DNA of 64,000 nt from Macrostomum hystrix (Eukaryota > Animalia > Platyhelminthes): assembly GCA_950097015.1 (NCBI GenBank), contig CATNEN010000038.1, forward strand, positions 6,138,001 through 6,202,000. Reading direction: 5' to 3'. The translations under genes were made by a program, and so were the position numbers. Below, piece by piece: positions 34,660 through 45,970 of the stretch; the first letter of the stretch is position 1, and every line of letters starts with the position of its first letter. The notes beneath the pieces were generated by a model. The model did no database searches, was not told the origin of the DNA, and saw nothing but the letters and a program-made list of their open reading frames with translations.

Positions 34660-37600
34660 ATGCTGCTGCTGCTGCTGTTGCTGCTGCTGATGCTGCTGCT
34701 GCTGCTGCTGCTGCTGCTGATGCTGCTGCTGCTGTTGTTGCTGCTTATGCTGCTGCAGCTGTTGATGTTATTGTTGTTGCTATCCAAGCACCCCTGAAGC
34801 GGCACAACAATTTCGGCACTGGCAAGTTGGCGAGTCGATAGTATGGCGGGAAAGGACGTAGAACTGATGAACCGGTCCTTCTGTTTGCTGGCGTTGATGC
34901 AGTGGCGATAGTAGGCGGAGCTGCCCATACTTATGCTACGAGAACCTGCTGCGCGCACGGGCTGTCGCTAGAGTGATGCCCACCTTCTCTTGAGGTGGCT
35001 CCGATGCCATCTTCCACGAGCTCGCTGTCTTGGATGCCACAGTGTCCTGGGATCCGTTGGATGGTCAGACGGCAACGGCTTGCAGCGATGATCAGCATAG
35101 CTTAGAGACCCTGCAGGAGCGTGTTGCTTGAGTGCTGGTCTCTGGCCAGCGCAGAATTGGCGGCTTGGCTGTCAGTCAGGACGCTCAGACACAATGTTCC
35201 GCATGGCCAGCCGCAACGCGATAAGCTCCGCCTCAAAGGAGTTGCAGCATCGGCCGGCAGGAGCATGTCCAGACCAAGATGCAGTGCTGGCCGACAAGAC
35301 TCGGAACCGAGTCCCAAGGAGATGTCGAAAGGCGGTGTTGATGCTGCTGCTCTGCTTTTGACAAGTACAAGACAGCGTTTATGACTGCTTCTAAGAAAAA
35401 CTATCACACTCCTTCCAGGCCATCAAGGACTACCACCTGGTTGCCGGGGTCGTCGTACTAGCGGCCATCGATCTGGCCATCTTCGTCACCTGGGGCATTG
35501 TTGATCCGATGAGCATCGCAACTGTGCAATTTGCTGCCGTTGTGAGTCTGAACGCAGTGAGCAACCAGGCTGACTCATTTTAAGCATTTTCCTCTGTGCT
35601 TGTTCTGTATTTCCTTGCTTACTCAAACTACGAAGGAGTTATGAGAAGTACCGCCCTCACCTGGTCGCCCCATCTTCCCGCCCCCTCTCAATTTTCCGTC
35701 CTCTCGCCGCAGGAGTCGATTCTGAGCGGCACGGTGGAGGTGAACCAGGTGCTGGCGTGCACCTGCAACTACTCCGTGGTTTGGACATGCGTCTTTTTCG
35801 CCTATAAAGGTAAGCCAATTTAATGACGTTTATTTCGATGGAACGACGACATGGATTAAGAGTGTGCCACTGTGGATTATGGGTGCGCCACTGTAGATTA
35901 AGGGTGCGCCACTGTGGATTATGGGTGCGCCACTGTGGATTATGGGTGCGCCACTGTAGATTAAGGGTGCGCCACTGTAGATTATGGGTGCGCCACTGCA
36001 TAGATTAAGGGTGCGCCACTGTAGATTAAGGGTGCACCACTGTAGATTAAGGGTGCGCCACTGTAGATTAAGGGTGCGCCACTGTGGATTATGGGTGCGC
36101 CACTGTAGATTAAGGGTGCACCACTGTGGATTATGGGTGCGCCACTGTAGATTAAGGGTGCACCACTGTAGATTAAGGGTGCACCACTGTAGATTAAGGG
36201 TGCGCCACTGTAGATTAAGGGTGCGCCACTGTAGATTAAGGGTGCGCCACTGTAGATTAAGGGTGCGCCACTGTGGATTATGGGTGCGCCACTGTAGATT
36301 AAGGGTGCACCACTGTGGATTATGGGTGCGCCACTGTAGATTAAGGGTGCACCACTGTAGATTAAGGGTGCACCACTGTAGATTAAGGGTGCGCCACTGT
36401 AGATTAAGGGTGCGCCACTGCGGATTAATGGTGCGCCACTGTAGATTAAGGGTGCGCCACTGTAGATTAAGGGTGCGCCACTGTAGATTAAGGGTGCGCC
36501 ACTGTAGATTAAGGGTGCACCACTGTAGATTAAGGGTGCGCCACTGTAGATTAAGGGTGCACCACTGTAGATTAAGGGTGCGCCACTGTAGATTAAGGGT
36601 GCACCACTGTAGATTAAGGGTGCGCCACTGTAGATTAAGGGTGCGCCACTGTAGATTAAGGGTGCGCCACTGTAGATTAAGGGTGCGCCACTGTAGATTA
36701 AGGGTGCGCCACTGTGGATTATGGGTGCGCCACTGTAGATTAAGGGTGCACCACTGTGGATTATGGGTGCGCCACTGTAGATTAAGGGTGCACCACTGTA
36801 GATTAAGGGTGCACCACTGTAGATTAAGGGTGCGCCACTGTAGATTAAGGGTGCGCCACTGCGGATTAATGGTGCGCCACTGTAGATTAAGGGTGCGCCA
36901 CTGTAGATTAAGGGTGCGCCACTGTAGATTAAGGGTGCGCCACTGTAGATTAAGGGTGCACCACTGTAGATTAAGGGTGCGCCACTGTAGATTAAGGGTG
37001 CACCACTGTAGATTAAGGGTGCGCCACTGTAGATTAAGGGTGCGCCACTGTAGATTAAGGGTGCGCCACTGTAGATTAAGGGTGCGCCACTGTAGATTAA
37101 GGTTGCGCCACTGTAGATTAAGGGTGCGCCACTGTAGATTAAGGGTGCGCCACTGTAGATTAAGGGTGCGCCACTGTAGATTAAGGGTGCGCCACTGTAG
37201 ATTAAGGGTGCACCACTGTAGATTAAGGGTGCGCCACTGTAGATTAAGGGTGCACCACTGTAGATTAAGGGTGCGCCACTGTAGATTAAGGGTGCGCCAC
37301 TGTAGATTAAGGGTGCGCCACTGTAGATTAAGGTTGCGCCACTGTAGATTAAGGGTGCGCCACTGTAGATTAAGGGTGCGCCACTGTAGATTAAGGGTGC
37401 GCCACTGTAGATTAAGGGTGCACCACTGTAGATTAAGGGTGCGCCACTGTAGATTAAGGGTGCACCACTGTAGATTAAGGGTGCGCCACTGTAGATTAAG
37501 GGTGCGCCACTGTAGATTAAGGGTGCGCCACTGTAGATTAAGGGTGCGCCACTGTAGATTAAGGGTGCACCACTGTAGCAAGGCCACGTCGAGGCCACAT

Positions 37601-38389
37601 TCACTTAAGGCGCAGCTGCTACTATTTAGGCCTTAGGGTGACACTCCCCCAAATTCAAGGTGACGCTGCCCCAAATCCAGGGTGACACAGCCCCAAATCC
37701 AGGGTGACGCAGCCCCAAATCCAGGGTGACGCAGCCCCAAATCCAGGGTGACGCTACCCCAAATCCAGGGCGACGCAGCCCCAAATCCAGGGTGACACAG
37801 CCCCAAATCCGGTCACTGGCCTAATTGAGACTCAACTCAAACCCAGGATTTCTGCTACTGTTTGGAATTTTCTTCGCCTGGGAGACCCGCGCTGTTCACG
37901 TAGAGAGCCTCAACGATTCTAAGAAGATTGGTGTCTGCGTCTACAACACCATGGTGATGGGTGCGCTGGGTGTAGTCCTGTCCTTCGTACTGCCCAATAG
38001 CGAAGTCAACCTGCGGTTTCTGCTCATCAACCTTTGCATCATTGTGTGCTGCAGCACGGCCGTCATTATCGTCTTCGGCAGCAAGGTTAGCTGCTGCGCA
38101 TTGTTCTGGGTTAGGGAGAAAACTGTAAGAACACACAAAATGGTCACTGATTTAGTGACGATGAGAGTGAGACTGATTGAGTGACGATGAGAGTGACACT
38201 GATCGAGTGCCAATTCGAATTTGAGTGGTTTCATTTGAACTCTCCTGCCACACCCAGATCCTCGCTTTGGTCATCCACGGACCTGTAAAGGTGGACGACA
38301 TGAGCAACTCGCTGCCAGGCAATGATTCCATTGTGATCCGCGTCGGCAACCAACCAACCAGCAGCGCTGTAGCCACTGGAGCGGTCTGA
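29199..38389 (+). CDS. Class C GPCR, GABA-B receptor-like (~746 aa, 14 exons)
   Basis: Exons 29199-29420, 30244-30381, 30472-30642, 31533-31634, 31744-31815, 32226-32411, 32875-33108, 33839-33902, 33979-34056, 34217-34599, 35419-35541, 35713-35809, 37847-38085, 38258-38389, phase-consistent. Signal peptide; VFT motifs SPELSDK.FYPYFSR, FQGLTGRV..DSNGDR; 7TM motifs IKLSSPNIN, YGAMLAKTWRVH.IF, YKGFLLLFG.FFAWETR, LNDSKKIG.CVYN. Confidence 0.88.
29434..30200. repeat. 20-bp intronic minisatellite
   Basis: (GAGTTTRCCTGTTAGACAGS)n. Confidence 0.95.
30890..31450. repeat. CT-rich intronic satellite (TTCTCCCCTTCTCTCA)n
   Basis: Direct reading. Confidence 0.9.
31855..32160. repeat. G-rich ~21-bp intronic repeat
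   Basis: (GGGAGATTTGGGGAGGGGTAA)n. Confidence 0.85.
32433..32820. repeat. ~18-bp intronic repeat (GAGATGAGACACGGGG)n
   Basis: Direct reading. Confidence 0.85.
33112..33765. repeat. 18-bp purine-rich intronic minisatellite
   Basis: (GGGAAGTGGGAAGAGAWG)n. Confidence 0.9.
34608..34782. repeat. (CTG)n/(TTG)n microsatellite
   Basis: Starts ~8 nt after the exon-10 donor; grades into TTG. Confidence 0.9.
34783..35390 (-). mobile_element. Degenerate 3' fragment of an RNase H-containing non-LTR retrotransposon
   Basis: Minus-strand remnants SVLTDSQAA and TIQRIPGHCGIQDSELV (cf. RNase H TDS and W.PGH.GI.GNE.AD), ending in a (CAA)n-type tail. Confidence 0.6.
35850..37578. repeat. 21-bp intronic minisatellite (~82 units) with higher-order structure
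   Basis: (GTGCGCCACTGTAGATTAAGG)n. Confidence 0.97.
37635..37812. repeat. 22-bp tandem repeat
   Basis: (AGGGTGACGCAGCCCCAAATCC)n, about 8 units. Confidence 0.9.
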
Positions 38390-38444
38390 GTGACAGCCGA
38401 GTGACAGCTCTGAGTGACAGTTATGAGGGACTCTCTTATTCTAA

Positions 38445-39052
38445 GTCCGACTCTCACATCTCCTCTGCTGTGTCACAGTCCGACTCTCACATCTCCTCTG
38501 CTGTGTCACAGTCCGACTCTCACATCTCCTCTGCTGTGTCACAGTCCGACTCTCACATCTCCTCTGCTGTGTCACAGTCCGACTCTCACATCTCCTCTGC
38601 TGTGTCACAGTCCGACTCTCACATCTCCTCTGCTGTGTCACAGTCCGACTCTCATATCTCCTCTGCTGTGTCACAGTCCGACTCTCATATCTCCTCTGCT
38701 GTGTCACAGTCCGACTCTCACATCTCCTCTGCTGTGTCACAGTCCGACTCTCACATCTCCTCTGCTGTGTCACAGTCCGACTCTCACATCTCCTCTGCTG
38801 TGTCACAGTCCGACTCTCATATCTCCTCTGCTGTGTCACAGTCCAACTCTCACATCTCCTCTGCTGTCTCTCAGTCTGACTCTCACATGTCGCAGTCTGT
38901 CTCTCATATCTCCTCTGCTGTGTCACAGTCCGACTCTCACATCTCCTCTGCTGTGTCACAGTCTGACTCTCACATCTCCTCTGCTGTGTCACAGTCCGAC
39001 TCTCATATCTCCTCTGCTGTGTCACAGTCTGACTCTCACATGTCGCAGTCTG
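38445..39052. repeat. 33-bp minisatellite just downstream of the GPCR stop
   Basis: (CAGTCCGACTCTCACATCTCCTCTGCTGTGTCA)n. Confidence 0.95.
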
Positions 39053-39912
39053 TCCCATGCGAATTCAGCAAGGTTTAGTCGCACAGTAAAATAGAGCAGC
39101 AATGTTTTGCATGCTTCAGCTTTGCTTTTCTGGAAACCAAACAATGATTAAAATAGTTATCAGTGTTGCAGCGCACGCAAATTACACAAATTACAAATCC
39201 AGCCTTTTAAACAAATGTAATCAAAGCACAGGAAGTGCTTTCAGTGTGTAGTTAGATTCTGTAACCAAAGGTAGATTTAATAGTAAAATCAAATTGTCTG
39301 TTGCATAGGGCTAGAAGCGCTTGATGCATCTTCATTGCTAGAGCTTTATACGTACGTATAGATACGCTCGTATGTACTTAGTTGGCTTGACAATGTCAAT
39401 GAATTAAATATCTGTTTAAAATAATGCACCTAGCACTATCATTTCTGCAGCTGTACCTTTGCCTTATTATTACTTTTTTAAAGCGACTTCAAAATTTAGC
39501 GCGTATCTTAATTAGGGTCTGTGATTCGACTAAACTCCGCGGCCGCGTAAGCTTTATTTACGATATGATGCTCATATTCTAAACGAAAGTCCGGTTTAAG
39601 AAATTAAAAGTACAGTGCAATTACAAAGGAAATTTTGATCAAAATACTGAGCTCCAAAACGCTATAAATGATTTTGTGAGTAGCGTACAGATAAGACATT
39701 CTACTCTATCATAGAATGTGGATTCCCTAGCAGTCTGACCGACTGACAAAAACGACATCAGACACATTTTATAGCTTTGTCAGATTAATATTAAGTACTG
39801 GGAAATGCAAAAACAGTGACAGCAAAGAATGATTTCATTTTTAGACTAAACGGTTCCAGATACGGCCAAAGATTATAAAAATAAAGTTAAAGTACTCCTT
39901 TATGCATCGCTT

Positions 39913-41160
39913 TCATTGAGCCCCAAAGAGAATGTAGCGGCACATCTCGCCATAGTTTGAGTCCAGAGTCTTGATGTTATCCAAGTTGTGCTGCTTGCCG
40001 TACTTGCGAAACCACAGGTGCATCACGTAATTCTTCTTGTGCCAGTCCCACCTCTTTTGCTTTCCGATGCCATAAATCCAGTCCACCTCCTCCGGAGTCC
40101 AGTTCGGCCGGTCCATGCTCTCATCCTCCACGTGGCACAGGTCTGGAAAGACGGCCTGCATTGTGCTCGGCAGCTTCACGGAATGGTCGCCCCAGGCTTC
40201 GTCGTTGAACACCTGGTATGCTGTGTGCCACATCGCCAGAAATGTGCTGCCCTGCGCAGCCATAAAGACGCCATTGCACAAGCCGTACGGAACTTCCCTG
40301 CCGATAGTGCAGGGGAACTTCCGCAGAGGCTCCAGCGGCTTCAGCACAAACACATCGATGTCCATGTAGACTCCACCGAACACCAGCACGGCCTCCAGCC
40401 TCACCACATCTGACTGGTGCTCCTTGCCGTGTACTGGCACCGTGTACACAGACGTGGGCACCGGTCTCCGCACCATGATGACCTTCTCCTCGAAGTTGGT
40501 CTCCGTGAGGTTCCTCCTCACCCGCTCCCACCACTGTCCGGTGGGCTGCTTGCCGGGAGCGTACCACAGCAGTAGGCGGTGCGGCTTCATCACGTGCAGG
40601 CAGCTGAGCAGGCTGACCATGTGGTGGAACTGCAGGTTCGTGTCACCGAATGGCAGCACAAAGTGGGCGATGTTGGGCACCAGAAATCCGGGCTTCACTG
40701 TGGACTTGGCCACTGCATGAATCTCTTCAACTGTGAACTTCTTGCCGCTGGGACTGTGTGGCATCCACTGCGCGGTGCTGACTGCCGGCAGGTAGCTGGC
40801 CATCATCTGCTCCAGACGTTCTTTGTACTTTCCGCTATGCTGAATCACGGTCTGTTTTAGCTTAGAAAAGTTTTTCTGCAGGGTCACGAAGTCTAGAGCG
40901 CTCAAGTTAGGGCCGTGCTCATTGTACATTGCCTTCGATGGAAGCAAAGTGTTCGACACTCTGGAATTGGGACTAGAAACGTCGCTAGGAGTCGACTGTC
41001 CGCGTAGCTGTGTCTCTGAGGCGTCATTGTCGAGCCGCACCGGCTGAGTCCACATCCAGGGGCTGAGTCCTGCGCAGAACAGGCTGAGCAGGATCAGCAG
41101 CGCGATCGAGGCGACAAACAGCCGCTTGGGAGACTCTAGCAGGCAGCGCTGCATCATCAT
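39913..41160 (-). CDS. GT32-type DXD glycosyltransferase (alpha-1,4-glycosyltransferase-like), type II membrane protein, paralogue 1
   Basis: Intronless ORF; N-terminal TM; VPNIAHFV, SDVVRLEAVLVFGGVYMDIDV (Gly_transf_sug motif), LCNGVF. Confidence 0.88.
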   Translation of the reverse strand: MMMQRCLLESPKRLFVASIALLILLSLFCAGLSPWMWTQPVRLDNDASETQLRGQSTPSDVSSPNSRVSNTLLPSKAMYNEHGPNLSALDFVTLQKNFSKLKQTVIQHSGKYKERLEQMMASYLPAVSTAQWMPHSPSGKKFTVEEIHAVAKSTVKPGFLVPNIAHFVLPFGDTNLQFHHMVSLLSCLHVMKPHRLLLWYAPGKQPTGQWWERVRRNLTETNFEEKVIMVRRPVPTSVYTVPVHGKEHQSDVVRLEAVLVFGGVYMDIDVFVLKPLEPLRKFPCTIGREVPYGLCNGVFMAAQGSTFLAMWHTAYQVFNDEAWGDHSVKLPSTMQAVFPDLCHVEDESMDRPNWTPEEVDWIYGIGKQKRWDWHKKNYVMHLWFRKYGKQHNLDNIKTLDSNYGEMCRYILFGAQ

Positions 41161-41714
41161 GCTGCTGATCGCATTGTGAGTTAGCACCGACTTTAGCCCA
41201 GAATGGAATCGTTGCTAGATACAAATAAAAATCTTACTTTTGAGTCACTCAGTCCAGTGATAAGCCGTTTTATTGAGCTGCAATGTACGCAGCTAGCGCG
41301 TGCATTTGGACATATGCTCCGCTATGCGAAGAGTGAGTCTCGACCAAATGTTTTTAGGGGCAGTCTTCTAGTCAGCTCCGTACACCGAACTCTAGAGACT
41401 GTACATTTTTATAAGCCTGGCTGGCCATTGGGTCTATCTCTTACTTAGTTGGGGTTGCTGTCAGTTGCTGTAGGGGGGTTGTAGTGGGGTGGGGGGGTCG
41501 CACAGCGATTGCAGCAGTACGACCCTCCACCCAATGTCCCTTCCAGATGCAGTTTCCCACACTTCTCGTCCCCTTCCAACAGTCCATCAGCCATGGAGCT
41601 TTGAATCTAGAAACTGGAGAGACAACTTCCAGTCCAAACCCCCATTTCCCGGACCAGTAAATGGGCTGACTGGCTGGCCCTAAATTGCAATGAGAAAGAC
41701 AATGATAACTTTCG

Positions 41715-42144
41715 TATCGTGCAACAGATTTTCAATGTGTTTGTTTCATTAGAAAGCTGAATAATTTTTTGTACGAGTATTTTAGCTGAAGCTTGTGCAA
41801 CTTCCTGTTTTATCTACTGAGCTGTGCTTAAATAGACATTAAGGAAATAGAGTTTAAAATCCCAAAGTTGTACATTTGCCATACAGTAGAAATTTTTCCT
41901 CTTTTTTGCCGTTTCGAAAAGTTTTTAGTTCATTCGATAGGTAAGCGAAATTTCGCTAAAAGTTGGCAATTAATCGAAAAGTTTTCTACATTACAACTTT
42001 TTAAGGTCGCGAGCTGCTAAGTAACTATTTATTTAAGCACAGCTCAGTAGCTACAACAGGTACAGGCACAAGGTTCAGCAAAAATGTAGAGAATTTATTC
42101 AGCTTTCTAATAAAACAAACAGTTTGAAAATATGTTGTACGATA
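41715..42144. mobile_element. Old foldback/MITE-like element
   Basis: ~120-bp imperfect inverted arms (41715-41834 vs 42027-42144), e.g. CTACTGAGCTGTGCTTAAATA / TATTTAAGCACAGCTCAGTAG; no clear TSD. Confidence 0.65.
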
Positions 42145-43044
42145 AGTGTTTTCTCAGAGTAGCGCGTTTGAGTTTCCCATTCAAAAAAAGAGATTTTAAC
42201 GAGATTGGAAAGTTTAACTTTTCAAGGAAAACGTTTTAAACTTTAGATCTGCTGCTGTGTGTCCGTACTAACCGGGCCAGATGTGCAGCACAGTCGCAGC
42301 AACTGCCAACCACTCATGCCAGTCATGCCGAAGTGAAGCATTAAGGTAGTCAGGGCAGCTGTGCGCTTTCTTTCATTTGAAATAGTCTCTTTGAACAACG
42401 CTAGTTTTTCTGTCAGTTCTTCACCTTCTTGTATCATTAGTTACAAATGTATCAATGTATCAATGTATCAAATGTGTATCAAATATATTTGTCATCCTCA
42501 GTTAGGTTTCCAAAGTTTGACCCAGAGGCCGATATTTCTTGTAAAAATATCTGCTTGGACTGTATGGACTCCAGCGACACTTTTAAGAGAAAATGCAGAC
42601 TTTGTTTTCTACTTCTGAGCGACACTTTTTGCAACGTAAGGAATTCTAGGGCTTACAGTCCTGTAAAATTAGGTGGAAAGTGAGTTGTTTGCGAGAAAGA
42701 GAAAGTCGGTCACGAAGCGGCACAAGATCGTGTTGGCGAGTATATAGTTGCCCCGAGTGTTCATAGCAGATGTACACTAGAGATGTACACTGAGACGATT
42801 AAGACAAGTAATTATAGCACTAAAGTTTTTTCTTTCCTGAATTATATGTCATTCTTTTTGGACACTCCAAACCATTTACATTACATTGTATTGACTTCCT
42901 TTTACAGGTAATATGAACCTGAAAACTACATGCACAAGCAAATCGAAAAAGACAAAACAAGCAATCGAAACAAGCGAATGAACATGAATAACATTAAATG
43001 ATCGGACAGTCAGAAGCCTAACCTTCTCTCCATTGCTTCCCCAG

Positions 43045-43280
43045 TTTATTGCATCACCCATCTGTATCTCAGCCTCTCAAACACCAAAGCGGTCAGCACC
43101 ATCAATCCAGTCCAGCTACTTGTTTATTGCATCACCCATCTGTATCTCAGCCTCTCAAACACCAAAGCGGTCAGCACCATCAATCCAGTCCAGCTACTTG
43201 TTTATTGCATCACCCATCTGTATCTCAGCCTCTCAAACACCAAAGCGGTCAGCACCATCAATCCAGTCCAGCTACTTGTC
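43045..43280. repeat. 78-bp unit x3 tandem repeat
   Basis: GTTTATTGCATCACCCATC..CAGCTACTT repeated three times. Confidence 0.95.
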
Positions 43281-43679
43281 TTAATCGATTGAAAAGTGTC
43301 GGAATTTAAATTGCGGAATGGAAATTTTAACCAGAAAAGCGATAATGCGCAGGCTCCTTCTACCCCTCTTGACGGAATTGGTTGGCAATTGTTGTGACAC
43401 TAAAGAGTGTCGGAATCGGATGCCAGAAAATTAAAATTGGTTGCAGGTAGTTCAAAACTGAAAGTGAAAAGGTGTAGTGTACAGGCACTCACTACCTACG
43501 TCACTTCTTCCGTAAATTTAGGATTAAAAAAGCGATGAATAAAATAAACAAGGGCACAATTAATTGCAAGCCATTTGAAACAAAGTCTGCAATAGCAAAG
43601 TCTTTGCGCAAACACAGAAAATTCCTAATACATGTATTGCGCAAGTCAGGCCGTCTGCGAGTACTCTCAGAGCGCCGAG

Positions 43680-45600
43680 GACCCCCGTCAGTCGGCTCAT
43701 CCAGCAGCTGTGTCCGAACCTGGTGCGGATCAGCAACCAGACTCGCCGGCCTGCTGACACGCCGGGGCCTGGTCTGAAACCGGTAGCGTGGTCGCAGGCA
43801 GAGGCCTCCTGCGGACGAACGCCTTCAGTCGGTCGTGATGCACCACTGAGCTCCTGCCTCGGCCGGCGGGCTTGGAGATCCGGTAGGTGACCTGGCCCAG
43901 CCTCTGTAACACGCGAAAAGGCCCGAGCCACCGCTGACGCTAGCCTTGGACTGGCCTTTCTGCATTGACGGGTTAAAAAGCATCACCAGCTGGCCGATCC
44001 GGAACGGAGTGAAGTGCTGGCGCCTGTCGTATCGCTGCTTTCGGGATCGCTGGGTCAACAACAGGCGCTGCCTCACGAGCTGCAAGCCGGTCCGGGTTTC
44101 CTCCAGCGCATCCATGACGACCCGCCGTTCGCCCGCAGTGGGCAAGGCGTTGCTCAGGGTTGATGTTGAACTCAGCCTCCTCTTCAACAGACCTTTCTCC
44201 TGGGCCTAGAAGCTCAGCAGCCTCGAAGGCACTCAGGTTGCAGACGCCCACTCGCAGGCTGCCGTCCGCGCTGGAGACCACCAGCGCCCTGGTGGGCAGC
44301 AGGCCGATCATGTCTACGAAGTCTGAGCTCGGCTCAAACAAGCCCATCTCGGCAGACGACGGTAACTTGACTGGGATGATGACACGGCTGCGGAGATCTA
44401 TTTCGGAGATCCACACTAAAGCTCGAGCACAACTTACTGAGTGTACATTCTGAGCAAGAAATTCTGGCTGAATTTCTGCGACCACCGTCACCTGAAGGCT
44501 GGCATTAATTCTTCCAGCTGTATTTCAAGTGTCGCACTCGCCGCGGAGACTCCAAGCGTCGACCATCGATACCGACCGGAGTGCTTAGAGGCGGGTGAAA
44601 CTGACCGGCTGATACAAGCGTCACCTGCGTGCCGGTGTCGAACAGCCATCTGCAGGGTCGGCTAGCTATGCTGCCGGGCAGGAATGGAGGCAGTTTTGGC
44701 CTTGCTTAGGCAGAGCTGCTGACGGCCCGCGGTCACCAGTCCTCAGAAGTTTCCCGAGGCTGGGGTCGGACAGACCTCGGCCCGGTGGCCTTTGCCTGAG
44801 CAGCAGCTGCACACTGTCGGTGTGGCTGGCGAGGCATGCTAGCTGGGACACTGAGCCGCGAAATGGCCGGGTTGAGTGCAGTTGAAGCACCTGCCGCGAC
44901 TCTTCCCTCGAGAGCCTCCTCGTCCACCGCGGCTGCTGATGGTAGCGACTGTTGCGGCCATGCAGCAGTCAGCTGCTCCTGCATCTGCTCCAGCCGGTCC
45001 ACCATTTGGTTGCCAACCGAGTTTTCCGCGACGCTTGTAGATACTCCATTGCCGCAGATGCCCTCCAGTGCGGCAGAGCGGTCCGCCAGCTGTTCCGGGC
45101 TGAGTTTGCTCCAATCGGAGTCCTTCAGCAGCGTCTCGCGAATGCCCTTTAGCTGTAGGGCCAGCAGTCGGTGTCTTGCTTGGCAGTCTCTGATCGCCTC
45201 CTTTATGAGTTTAGGGCGTGACTTCCGGTACAGAAGCTCGAGGGCGAAGCACAGTTCCCTCCGCGATTCTCCTTGCCGTCGCTTCCAGCTCTCGAACTCT
45301 GACACCGAACTCTGACACCGAAGAAGTTCTCCTTACTACTGTAGCACTCTGGATGAGCTCGTCTTTGATGCTCTTGTAGCACTTCTTCTTTTCCTGTGCC
45401 AGGTCCCACACAAATACAAGCGCTCCACCAGATATCAGCAGTTTGATTTTAGAGTTCATCTGGGCATCATCCCACTTTGAGTCTTCAGCGAAATCCTCGA
45501 ACAACTGCAGCCACATATTGATGTCTGTGTCGTCTGCACCATCTATTATCATCATCTATCTCATCTCTTGTCATTATCTAGCCGATCTTGTCATCGAAAC
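43680..45600 (-). mobile_element. Decayed, internally deleted Ty3/Gypsy retrotransposon
   Basis: Gag-like (WLQLFEDFAEDSKWDD), zinc knuckle CFNCTQPGHFAAQC, integrase tail (QRSRKQRYD..FRIGQLVML..WLGPFRVLQRLGQVTYRI..VVHHDRLKAF); no RT/RNase H; frameshifts. Confidence 0.8.
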
Positions 45601-45611
45601 CGGTCTGTCAG

Positions 45612-45970
45612 CGTTTGCCTCTCGCACCAATGTCCCTGAGCTCCATTCTGCGGCGAGGCCACATTAAATTGGGCGCAGCCGCGGAGAGAAGGCTTGGAGG
45701 CTTATCGTGCAATTTATACTCATGAGGGCCAACCTCCAAGGAACAGCGAAATTGTACACTGCTGACAATGAGAAAGTCATTGCAGATGTACACACCTGTG
45801 TGAGCGTGCGTCTGCTTACGGTATCTGTGTGTGTGTGTGTGTGCTCAGGAGTCAGCGGAATGGGTAGAATTGCCACTTCGCAGGCTGCTGGTCTAGTGTT
45901 ACCAAATGATGTGCCATTGCCCGCCGACCTGCTAAGTATTATTACTATTTTTATTTTTATTACTGTTATT
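45612..45970 (+). mobile_element. tRNA-derived SINE, 5'-truncated copy
   Basis: Colinear with 61832-62273; (TAT)n tail. Confidence 0.85.

Noticed and set aside
34600-34797. Poly-Leu extension of GPCR exon 10
   Set aside because: Strong GTAAGT donor at 34600 and a homologous continuation at 35419 make it intronic.
35830-37636. 540-585-aa repeat ORFs in three frames
   Set aside because: 21-bp satellite inside a GPCR intron.
38401-39094. SSAVSQSDSHI repeat ORF
   Set aside because: 33-bp satellite downstream of the GPCR stop; no credible start or splice link.
39988-40860. Antisense ORFs conserved across the three GT genes
   Set aside because: Shadow of near-identical GC-rich coding sequence.
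45750-45795. Hammerhead ribozyme in the SINE (CTGA..GAAA)
   Set aside because: Core CUGANGA and three-stem junction not satisfied in either copy.
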